Part shown: positions 10,633 to 18,528 of the stretch, in pieces
Layout: every line of letters starts with the position of its first letter
Position numbering within the stretch: the first letter of the stretch is position 1
NCBI GenBank assembly: GCA_964606405.1
Contig: CAZSGH010000002.1
Location: 34,719 to 98,718 of the forward strand
Source: an uncultured Francisella sp.
Lineage (GTDB): Bacteria; Pseudomonadota; Gammaproteobacteria; Thiomicrospirales; Thiomicrospiraceae
Reading direction: 5' to 3'
Length of the DNA: 64,000 bases
The notes under the pieces: generated by a model
Databases searched by the model: none
What the model was told of the DNA's origin: nothing
Seen by the model: the letters and a program-made list of their open reading frames with translations, nothing else
Made by a program: the position numbers and the translations under genes

Positions 10633-11376
10633 TTATTTTTTTCGCAAAAAAGAGAAGAAAACATCAGTTATAGATTCTAAAAATGGAATTAGCTTATTCA
10701 TAAAAAGAAATGATGTAATCCAGTAACTCATTATGGAAGCAAGAACTATCGCAAGAGCAAAAAGAAGAGCAATCGCGCCTTTAACGAAAAACATATCATA
10801 ATCATTCAACTTCCACTTAAACGCAGCGTGGTTAAACATATCTGTAGCTGCTGCACCTATTAACGAAACGAATAAATACAAAGCAACTAAAATGATCAAT
10901 CCGAGAAAGGCGTTACGTGAAATAATCAGTACCAATAAAAAACACACAAGAAACGTTACAATAACCGTCGTACTAATTGTCTGCTCTGTTTTTTTGTTTT
11001 GCTCTAATGATAAGAGGTTGTCTGCGGGCGGCATTTCTCTAATATTGCCAATCGCAAGTAATTTGTTTCTTAATTCATTAATATCTTCAGTGTTGACTCC
11101 TGTTTGAGAACTTCTTTTTTCGATGTCGGCTAGCGTTAAAAGACCGTAGCCATAAGTGTTAGGATTAAGATTGCCATTGCAAATACTGGCTTTCACGGTG
11201 AGCAACATCATAAAGTCAGATAATTTTTCGTCTGGCTTACTATCATTAATCAAACTAAAAACGTCATCACACGTCCCTGAATGGATTACTGTTTGGATGT
11301 CTGAAGACGTTGATGCTTGAGCTATTGTTGATAAAAACAACCAACTTAACAAAATCAATTTTAAAACTTTCATCAT
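10633..11376 (-). CDS. Exported protein with C-terminal multi-TM region
   Basis: 247 aa with signal peptide MMKVLKLILLSWLFLSTIAQA and 3 C-terminal TM helices. Confidence 0.5.
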   Translation of the reverse strand: MMKVLKLILLSWLFLSTIAQASTSSDIQTVIHSGTCDDVFSLINDSKPDEKLSDFMMLLTVKASICNGNLNPNTYGYGLLTLADIEKRSSQTGVNTEDINELRNKLLAIGNIREMPPADNLLSLEQNKKTEQTISTTVIVTFLVCFLLVLIISRNAFLGLIILVALYLFVSLIGAAATDMFNHAAFKWKLNDYDMFFVKGAIALLFALAIVLASIMSYWITSFLFMNKLIPFLESITDVFFSFLRKK

Positions 11377-11391
11377 TTGATCTGCTCCATA

Positions 11392-11880
11392 TCAATAATC
11401 ATCACTTGCTTCAAGAAATACATTAATCAGGGTTGTGGCAAAACTTCTTACCTGTTCGTCTGCTAGGCTTTCAACGCGCAATATGTTTCGGTTGTAGAGC
11501 AGCGCTGCAATCGTCGGTGAGTCTTCATTCAATTCACCTTCAATTTGCATATTGCTGTCCGAACACTCAAATGATTGCTTCAAGCAGTAGTTGGTAAATG
11601 TTTGGCGCAATGGGTTCCATTGAGCGTAGCGTGTTGCAGCAAGCCAATGTAGAAAGTCGCTTTCTACTAATAGGTTGCTTAAACTTGGGATGCTGACGTA
11701 TTCAGGGATGATGTTTTGCTGCAAGCGTTCAATCAGTTGATCGATCTGCTGATCGATTGGTTCAGTGTCTGCCACTTCGTCAATGCCACAATATGCTTCT
11801 GACATAAAATGAACCAAGGTTTTAAGCCATGGATGACCCAAGGCATCTAGCTTGGCTAAATTGTCAGTTGAAATCGGCAT
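11392..11880 (-). CDS. Acidic hypothetical protein, first gene of the leftward transfer operon
   Basis: 162 aa with AGGAG-type RBS (caggagtccttt ATG). No recognisable motif. Confidence 0.5.
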   Translation of the reverse strand: MPISTDNLAKLDALGHPWLKTLVHFMSEAYCGIDEVADTEPIDQQIDQLIERLQQNIIPEYVSIPSLSNLLVESDFLHWLAATRYAQWNPLRQTFTNYCLKQSFECSDSNMQIEGELNEDSPTIAALLYNRNILRVESLADEQVRSFATTLINVFLEASDDY

Positions 11881-11946
11881 AAAGGACTCCTGTTAGAATA
11901 GGAGACAGTGTGCCAAGGTGCTTTTCAAAAGTCGTGCGACCAAGTT

Positions 11947-11981
11947 CAGTGAAATAAATAATTTAGCACTTGCGCGTTTGA
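11947..11981. repeat. 35-bp perfect inverted repeat, left copy
   Basis: CAGTGAAATAAATAATTTAGCACTTGCGCGTTTGA is the exact reverse complement of 12287..12321. Confidence 0.95.
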
Positions 11982-12286
11982 TTTTGTTGGTGTAGAGTTT
12001 GCGTTGTGGCAGAATCCGTCTTTAAGTCCTTATCTTTATTCTTCTTTACCCCTTATCCTTTATAAGTCCTTGAGTCTTAACCCTTATCTTTTGTCTTTTG
12101 ACCCTTTGATGCGGCTTTTAAGCAGCAAAGGGGCTTTATTAGTCTTTACGATAGAATCCCTTAACCATTTCCAAGAAATCGTTATATCTTTTTGTTTTTA
12201 TAGTCTTTATTGTATTGGTCGCGCAGTGGCGAAGTGACATGTTTTCGATGGTTAACCTTTAATTATATCAAATCAAGTTATAGAGT

Positions 12287-12321
12287 TCAAACGCGCAAGT
12301 GCTAAATTATTTATTTCACTG
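12287..12321. repeat. 35-bp perfect inverted repeat, right copy
   Basis: TCAAACGCGCAAGTGCTAAATTATTTATTTCACTG. A TTGACA -35-like hexamer at 12344..12349 follows 22 nt downstream. Confidence 0.95.
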
Positions 12322-12390
12322 TACCTAGTCACGTGATTAGTTGTTGACACCTTTTTAAGATTGTCATAACTCAAACACGGGCATTGGTAG

Positions 12391-12882
12391 ATGAATAGTT
12401 CACATCCTAAAATTAGCAGCATACAAGCAACATTGATTGCCATTTCGTTATTGGCTACCAATGCGGTCAATGCTTCTTCCGTGAAACAAATTCCTAATCC
12501 CTACCCTACTTGCTTCGATAGCGCTGCTAAGCGCGTTGGTGTATCGCCACTCCTTTTGTCCTCATTAGGATGTGTTGAGTCTAAATTTAATGCCAATGCA
12601 ATTAATCGTGCTAACAAGAATGGCAGCTCAGATTATGGGTTGATGCAAATCAACTCTGCTGAGTTGCCACGATTGGCGCAAAAAGGCATTGGGGTTGAGC
12701 AACTCATGGAGCCTTGTACCAATATCCAAATCGGTGCCGAAGTGTTGGCGCAAAAGATTAAATCTAAAGGTGATACTTGGCGTGCTATCGGTGCCTATAA
12801 CGCTGCTTCTGAAAAAAAGCGTCAAGGCTATGCGTGGAAGGTTTACAACGTCATGAAGGCTGGGGTGTGCGTTAATGCGTAA
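12391..12882 (+). CDS. Lytic transglycosylase (SLT domain)
   Basis: 163 aa with a signal peptide and the catalytic region ESKFNANAIN...GSSDYGLMQIN. Confidence 0.88.
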   Translation: MNSSHPKISSIQATLIAISLLATNAVNASSVKQIPNPYPTCFDSAAKRVGVSPLLLSSLGCVESKFNANAINRANKNGSSDYGLMQINSAELPRLAQKGIGVEQLMEPCTNIQIGAEVLAQKIKSKGDTWRAIGAYNAASEKKRQGYAWKVYNVMKAGVCVNA

Positions 12883-13483
12883 GCTCTTTAGTCTCTCATT
12901 CGTGTCTTTTATCTCTGGTTGCACGATGCTACCGTCACAAGAGATGATTGTTGAGGCAAAGCCAATTGTTTGGCAAATATGCCCTAGCGCGACCGGCTAT
13001 GAGCGAGTGAATCACGATTGCCTCATAACGCATAAATCGCCAATTGTTGCACCAATGAGAACCAGCAGCTTAAGTGCATTGTCACAATTAAATAAAGCCG
13101 ACAATAGTGGTTCAACTCAATTTACGTCGAAAGTGGTTCAACAAGATACCACTTGTGAGGTCATTACGGCCTATTTCGATACAGGTGTTAGTCACCTTTC
13201 TAAAGCAGACATTCAACACATTAGCGTTTGGTTCAAAGCAAATCGTCATTCATTAAAAGGTAAGCATTTCGTTGTGACTGGTTATACCGATAACACAGGT
13301 GCGCGAGATTTGAATGAACGTATTGCTTTATCCAGAGCAAGTTCTGTTGCCAAGCTACTAACCCAATTAGGTGTTTCTAGTCGCGCAATTACGTTAACCA
13401 GCCTACCTGATTGTTGCCGTGCAGGTGAGTTGGATTCAGATTTAGCACGGCAACGCAAAGTAACCCTAGTGGTTAAGGAGTGA
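12875..13483 (+). CDS. OmpA-like C-terminal-domain lipoprotein (PilL-like)
   Basis: Lipobox ISGC and peptidoglycan-binding motif TGYTDNTGARDLNERIALSRASSV. Confidence 0.78.
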   Translation: MRKLFSLSFVSFISGCTMLPSQEMIVEAKPIVWQICPSATGYERVNHDCLITHKSPIVAPMRTSSLSALSQLNKADNSGSTQFTSKVVQQDTTCEVITAYFDTGVSHLSKADIQHISVWFKANRHSLKGKHFVVTGYTDNTGARDLNERIALSRASSVAKLLTQLGVSSRAITLTSLPDCCRAGELDSDLARQRKVTLVVKE

Positions 13484-13704
13484 GTATGTCTTCAATCGAA
13501 GAAAAGCCCACCAAACAAGCACGACCTAAACCAGACTTTATTGATGTGTTTATGTTTGGTGCGCCGATGTTTGCGGGTATTTATTTTTCAGGTGGTCCCA
13601 TTACAAGCATGGCTGTAGCAGGATTTTCTTTCGGCATTATGGCTGGTTGGGTAGGTGCAAAAATTTACCACAGTCCAAAACAAATTGAAGGACAAGCATC
13701 ATGA
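13480..13704 (+). CDS. Small T4SS membrane protein
   Basis: 74 aa with 2 TM helices and 4-nt overlaps with both neighbours. Confidence 0.55.
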   Translation: MSMSSIEEKPTKQARPKPDFIDVFMFGAPMFAGIYFSGGPITSMAVAGFSFGIMAGWVGAKIYHSPKQIEGQAS

Positions 13705-14045
13705 TGACAGCCAATATGTCACTGAATGCCTTTCATGGTATGCAATTTAAAACTGCAACATTTAAGGCTATTAAATATAGCGTACTCGGTGCGATGGTGG
13801 CAGCACCATTAATTGCAGGTGTCTTAGAAGCCGCAACATCAGCCTCTATGACAAGCATCTATACAGCAACACAAACTAACGTTGGTGGTGGCGGTAAAGT
13901 TGCTGGCTACATTGGTGGTTTGTTTGCGTTATATACAGCCGCATATTTGGGCAAATGGACTTCTGCATTAAGTATGGGAGCAGGAATTATCGGTGCTGCC
14001 AATTGGAGTTCATTCAATGACGCTATTTGGGGCGCATTAATCTAG
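13701..14045 (+). CDS. Pilin-like small hydrophobic protein (TraA position)
   Basis: 114 aa, Gly/Ala-rich with hydrophobic helices. It is the first gene of an F-like order A-L-E-K-B-V-C. Confidence 0.5.
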   Translation: MMTANMSLNAFHGMQFKTATFKAIKYSVLGAMVAAPLIAGVLEAATSASMTSIYTATQTNVGGGGKVAGYIGGLFALYTAAYLGKWTSALSMGAGIIGAANWSSFNDAIWGALI

Positions 14046-14109
14046 TCGAAGTAGCGTAGCGGATAAACAAGACGAGATTAGGTAACTACTGTTTAAGCTG
14101 GAGAATAAC

Positions 14110-14421
14110 ATGTCATCTTTCAATAAGTCCTACATCCCACAGAATTTGGATGTTGCTGAAAAGTTTTTGATCTGGGGATATGACCAGTTAGCGTTTTTTA
14201 TGCTGGGCATGTTCATCGGTCACATGATCAAAGACATCAATACTGGGTTGGTGCTAGGGCTTATTGTTTCTTACCTTTATACCAAAATACTCAAGCAAGG
14301 TTCTCATCCTTATTTTTGGAAGCATTTAATGTATTGGTTTTTACCTAAAGAAATGAGTTCTATCGGTGGTAAGCGATTGAAAAAGACGCCACCAAGTGAA
14401 ATTCGGAGATGGTTATTGTGA
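14110..14421 (+). CDS. TraL-like membrane protein
   Basis: 103 aa with 2 TM helices. Assigned by synteny position only. Confidence 0.5.
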   Translation: MSSFNKSYIPQNLDVAEKFLIWGYDQLAFFMLGMFIGHMIKDINTGLVLGLIVSYLYTKILKQGSHPYFWKHLMYWFLPKEMSSIGGKRLKKTPPSEIRRWLL

Positions 14422-15008
14422 GCCTTAAAGATATTGCGATTAAAACCTTTGATCCAAGAGATTTCAAAACACTTAAAACAACCTTGCGATACACGCAAGC
14501 CCTATTGTTCATCATGACGCTTGGTGTTGTTGGTCAAGTCTACAAAGACATTCTTCTTGATGAAGAATGGGTAACGTTGATTCCGCCAATGCTATCCGAG
14601 CCACTATCGATTAGTCGTTTTAATCCTTCTGGCGATCAGCTGCAGAAATTGGGGTGGTTCATCTCTGAGAACAATATGACGTTTACGCCTACCACCATTG
14701 CAGACCAACAGAAAACGGTGCTGATGTACGTTCACCCCGCTATTCAAGGTGAAATGCAGAAAAAACAAGATGAAGCAAGAGACTACATTACGAAAAACAA
14801 TTTGTCGCAAATATTCGAGCGACGCACGGTTAAGTATAACCCACAAAATTTAACCGTCGTTTATATCGGCACAGTGCAAACGTGGGTCGGCGATAAACGT
14901 ATGGATCCCAAAGAAGCGGCCTATAAAGTTGCCTTCGCATGGGAAGATCACAAGCTTTACGTCAAAGAGTCGCGTGAAGTACCTATGAACGAAGGAACGG
15001 TGAAATGA
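14409..15008 (+). CDS. TraE-like bitopic protein
   Basis: 199 aa with an N-terminal TM helix. Assigned by synteny position. Confidence 0.5.
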   Translation: MVIVSLKDIAIKTFDPRDFKTLKTTLRYTQALLFIMTLGVVGQVYKDILLDEEWVTLIPPMLSEPLSISRFNPSGDQLQKLGWFISENNMTFTPTTIADQQKTVLMYVHPAIQGEMQKKQDEARDYITKNNLSQIFERRTVKYNPQNLTVVYIGTVQTWVGDKRMDPKEAAYKVAFAWEDHKLYVKESREVPMNEGTVK

Positions 15009-15754
15009 TCTTAACAGCCTTACGACTAGCGCAATATTTATTGCTCTCATCGCTCATTATATCAAGCCAAACAGCTATCGCTGAGTCTATCGTATCTCTG
15101 GATACAGGCTCAGTGCCGAGTGCTACTGTCACGGCTGGCAAACCGTTTCTACTTGAGTTCGCAACAGGTAGCGTTCATCGTATCGATGGACGTAATGGTA
15201 TTGATTGGTCCATTGATGAAGAAAGTGGTGTCATGAAAGATCTAGGAAAGGTCATGATTGAGCCAATCACTGATAAGCCATTTACCTTATTGGTAACGCG
15301 CGATGACGGTAAGAGCTATCAACTTGAAATTAAGCCCGTTAAAAATATTGGAATTGAGCATCTTGTTCTCAAATCAGCCCTAACAGTTAGTGATGACAAC
15401 ACTGCTGATCCAGCAGTGATGCGTAACCTATCTAAAGCCCAAACGCGCGATAAAACCATTCGTTTGTTTATTGAGGCAATGGCTAATGATAAGCGTGCCA
15501 AAGGGTTAACGCTTACAACTGTCAATACGCCGGTTTCATTGTGGTTAGAAACACATATCGTTGAAACACGCAGGGTTAAAGGCATGGGCATGTCAGGTAA
15601 GGTGTGGGAACTCACTAATATTAGCGATCAAGTAATGACGTTAGATGAGCGTGAGTTTTTCTTTGAAAATACAGCAGCTGCTGCAATCCAAAAATTGGTG
15701 CTGCAACCAGGTGAGAAGACACGCATTTTGATGGTATTGGAGTCTGCACGATGA
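15005..15754 (+). CDS. TraK/VirB9-like periplasmic protein
   Basis: 249 aa with a signal peptide. Assigned by synteny position. Confidence 0.5.
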   Translation: MILTALRLAQYLLLSSLIISSQTAIAESIVSLDTGSVPSATVTAGKPFLLEFATGSVHRIDGRNGIDWSIDEESGVMKDLGKVMIEPITDKPFTLLVTRDDGKSYQLEIKPVKNIGIEHLVLKSALTVSDDNTADPAVMRNLSKAQTRDKTIRLFIEAMANDKRAKGLTLTTVNTPVSLWLETHIVETRRVKGMGMSGKVWELTNISDQVMTLDEREFFFENTAAAAIQKLVLQPGEKTRILMVLESAR

Positions 15755-17259
15755 GTGATAAAGATTTCATTAATACCAATGAGGCTGTTAAGCGTCGTCA
15801 AAACATGCTCGGTTTTGGCGTCGTAATTGGCGTCGGCGTTCTTGTTATGGTTGGTATGAGCGTTTCTGAGCAACCACAGCAGTCAGAGCAAAAAATTGCA
15901 GATCAGAAAGCAGAGCAAGTCAAACAAATAGAGCCTAATAGCGTTGCGGTAAATCCTGCTCAGGTATGGATGGCAAAATCAGCTAATCAGATGGATGCGA
16001 TTCAAAAGCAAATTGATGGATTAAACAATCAGGCAGAAGAACAGCGCAAGATTGCTGCACGAATAGAAGAGCGTGATCGGGAAATGATGGCTGCCTTAGA
16101 GCGCAGTCGTCTGGACCAAGCGAATAAAGACAAAGAAGCAGAACAACCAGCATCGGCTTCCGTACAAGCAACCACTGTAACGGCTCAAGCATTCTCACCT
16201 GCTGTTCAAGTAGGTCAACCTACGAATACGGGCGCACCATTTACGCCCATGCAACCAACGCAATCGACAACGCCTGTGCAGATAAATGCCCAATATTATG
16301 GACAGAGTCAGCAAGCAAATACAAATAACGTTGTAACGCAAGGCAATGGCTATCCACCAGGACAACCTAATGCGGTAGAGCCTCGTCGTCGCGGTGGTGT
16401 AGTGGTTGGCGAATTAAAAAAAACCGCTTCGGTTACAAATAGTGATTCTCCAACGCCTGTAAAACCGAATAGACCCAAAGCAAAAAACTTCTTAGCGCCA
16501 GGTACTTTCACTAAAGCAACGATTTTAACGGGAGCATACGCACCAACTGGTGGTAATGCACAGCAAAATCCTGCACCAATGTTATTTTGGGTTGACGACC
16601 TAAGCCAAATGCCCAATGAACAACAAGCGGACATTAAGGGCTGCATGGTTTTGGCCTCAGTAGTTGGCGATAAGACAACTGAGCGTGGCAAAGTCAGACT
16701 AATGAGTCTGTCTTGCATCAATAATGAGGATGAAGAAGTTATTTCTCAACCATTATCTGGTTATGCCGTAGGAGAAGACTCAATGGAGGGCATTCGCGGT
16801 GAGATGATCGTTCGCACTGGTGATTCTCTCACTATGGCGATCATGGCTGATGTCGTGGGAGGATTTGGCCGTCAATTGCAATATCAGTCTATGCAAACTG
16901 CAATGACACCTTTTGGTCAAACATCAACCATTGATCCTGGCAAAGCAATGGAGTCTGGTGCAGGCGCTGGTTTTGGACAGGCGGCGCAACGGTTGAGTCA
17001 ATACTACATTCGCTTGGCTGAGGACTTGTTTCCTGTAATCGAAATTAATGCCCTACGTGAAGTTCATTTGGCGATTACAAAAGGGGTAGATATGAACGCT
17101 GATTATCAGGAAGCCTCATCACAAAGTAACACAAGCATGAACGCAATGCCGATGAACCCAGCCGCTGCAGCCGCCATGATGAATCCAGCTATGGCAGGTA
17201 TGGTTGGTGCATCTAACATGCTTCAACAGCAATCAACGAATAACGCATACCGTCAATAA
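15751..17259 (+). CDS. TraB/VirB10-like protein with Gln/Ala/Pro-rich linker
   Basis: 502 aa with an N-terminal TM helix, a low-complexity middle and a conserved C-terminal globular part. Assigned by synteny position. Confidence 0.6.
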   Translation: MSDKDFINTNEAVKRRQNMLGFGVVIGVGVLVMVGMSVSEQPQQSEQKIADQKAEQVKQIEPNSVAVNPAQVWMAKSANQMDAIQKQIDGLNNQAEEQRKIAARIEERDREMMAALERSRLDQANKDKEAEQPASASVQATTVTAQAFSPAVQVGQPTNTGAPFTPMQPTQSTTPVQINAQYYGQSQQANTNNVVTQGNGYPPGQPNAVEPRRRGGVVVGELKKTASVTNSDSPTPVKPNRPKAKNFLAPGTFTKATILTGAYAPTGGNAQQNPAPMLFWVDDLSQMPNEQQADIKGCMVLASVVGDKTTERGKVRLMSLSCINNEDEEVISQPLSGYAVGEDSMEGIRGEMIVRTGDSLTMAIMADVVGGFGRQLQYQSMQTAMTPFGQTSTIDPGKAMESGAGAGFGQAAQRLSQYYIRLAEDLFPVIEINALREVHLAITKGVDMNADYQEASSQSNTSMNAMPMNPAAAAAMMNPAMAGMVGASNMLQQQSTNNAYRQ

Positions 17260-17272
17260 TTGAGGCAATACC

Positions 17273-18046
17273 ATGTTAAAAAAAGCAATCAAAACTCCAT
17301 TGGCAATCGCGCTACTTACTGTCTTATCACTGCCCGTTATGGCGGACGAAGTAACAAAGGCGGCAGTTCAAGCCAAGTTCCCTGCTACACCGATTACCGA
17401 TGCGAGTCCTGTTGCAGACTTCCCTGGACTCATTGAGATGGTTGTTGGTAAGAATCAGATTTTCTACACCAATGCTGATGGCTCTCGTTTATTGATCGGT
17501 CATATTTTTGATCCAAAGACAAACACTGACTTAACACAGCAAAAGATTGAGTCAATGACTGTTATGGATTGGTCTTTATTGCCATTGAAGGATGCTATTA
17601 CGATCAAAAAAGGGAAAGGCGAGCGTGAAATGGCGGTGTTTACTGATCCAGAATGTCCCTACTGTAAGAAGTTGGAAGAAGAACTTAAGCTGGTTGATAA
17701 CGTCATTATTCATGTATTCACCTATCCGCTGCCGATGCATGAACAAGCCAAACCCATTTCTGAATCAATTTGGTGCGCTAAAGATAAAGCGAAAGCGTGG
17801 AGTGATTTTACGCTAACAGGTGCAAAGCCAGCGAATGATGGGACTTGCACAGCAGCTCAGGCAGTTTCACGCAACCTTGCTTTAGGTGAAAAGCTAGGCA
17901 TCACAGGAACGCCAGCCATCATTGCCCGTAATGGCAAGATAAAGCCGGGCTATATGCCTGCAGCGCAACTGGATATTTGGCTCAATGAGAACGCTAAAGC
18001 GCCCATTACCAATGGTATGAAACCTCGTGTCGGGGAGAAGAAGTGA
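17273..18046 (+). CDS. DsbC/DsbG-like thiol:disulfide interchange protein
   Basis: 257 aa with a signal peptide, CPYC active site and the C-terminal thioredoxin-fold motif GTPA. Confidence 0.85.
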   Translation: MLKKAIKTPLAIALLTVLSLPVMADEVTKAAVQAKFPATPITDASPVADFPGLIEMVVGKNQIFYTNADGSRLLIGHIFDPKTNTDLTQQKIESMTVMDWSLLPLKDAITIKKGKGEREMAVFTDPECPYCKKLEEELKLVDNVIIHVFTYPLPMHEQAKPISESIWCAKDKAKAWSDFTLTGAKPANDGTCTAAQAVSRNLALGEKLGITGTPAIIARNGKIKPGYMPAAQLDIWLNENAKAPITNGMKPRVGEKK

Positions 18047-18528
18047 TGATTAAATACACGATGATGCTTTTACCCGCACTGGCACTTTGCTTGTCTGGTT
18101 GTTCGGTAACTGGTTTAGGTGGCAAAAGCTCTTTTTCATGCGGCGCTCCCGAAGGATCTACCTGTAAAAGTTTAGATGCGGTATATGAGCAGGCTGTTTC
18201 TGGTAATTCGTCTACTCAAGTTGCAGCAAAAAACAATACCACTAGCGTGACCACCGATGAGGTTAAATCTACACCTCGCCCTCGCATCATTCACGAAGGT
18301 GTTCAATCTGGTATGCCTGTTCGCTCTGAACCAGTTGTCATGCGAATTTGCCTGTTTCCTTGGCAAGATAGTGATAACGTTTTGCATGATATTTCGTATC
18401 AATATGTCACGGTTAATTCAGGCGATTGGTTGATTGAACATAATCGTGCAAAGGTTCGCGCTAGTGTTTTTACGCCACTAGCGCCGCAAACTGTACCTAC
18501 TGTAGGCGAAGAGGCTGCTTCACGATGA
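18043..18528 (+). CDS. TraV-like outer-membrane lipoprotein
   Basis: 161 aa with lipobox LSGCS, located just upstream of the TraC ATPase. Confidence 0.6.
   Translation: MMIKYTMMLLPALALCLSGCSVTGLGGKSSFSCGAPEGSTCKSLDAVYEQAVSGNSSTQVAAKNNTTSVTTDEVKSTPRPRIIHEGVQSGMPVRSEPVVMRICLFPWQDSDNVLHDISYQYVTVNSGDWLIEHNRAKVRASVFTPLAPQTVPTVGEEAASR

Noticed and set aside
12004-12237. 77-aa track ORF inside the segment flanked by the inverted repeats
   Set aside because: Its Leu/Ser/Pro-rich product is a by-product of the pyrimidine-rich CCTTAT repeats. It has no RBS and lies in a divergent promoter region.
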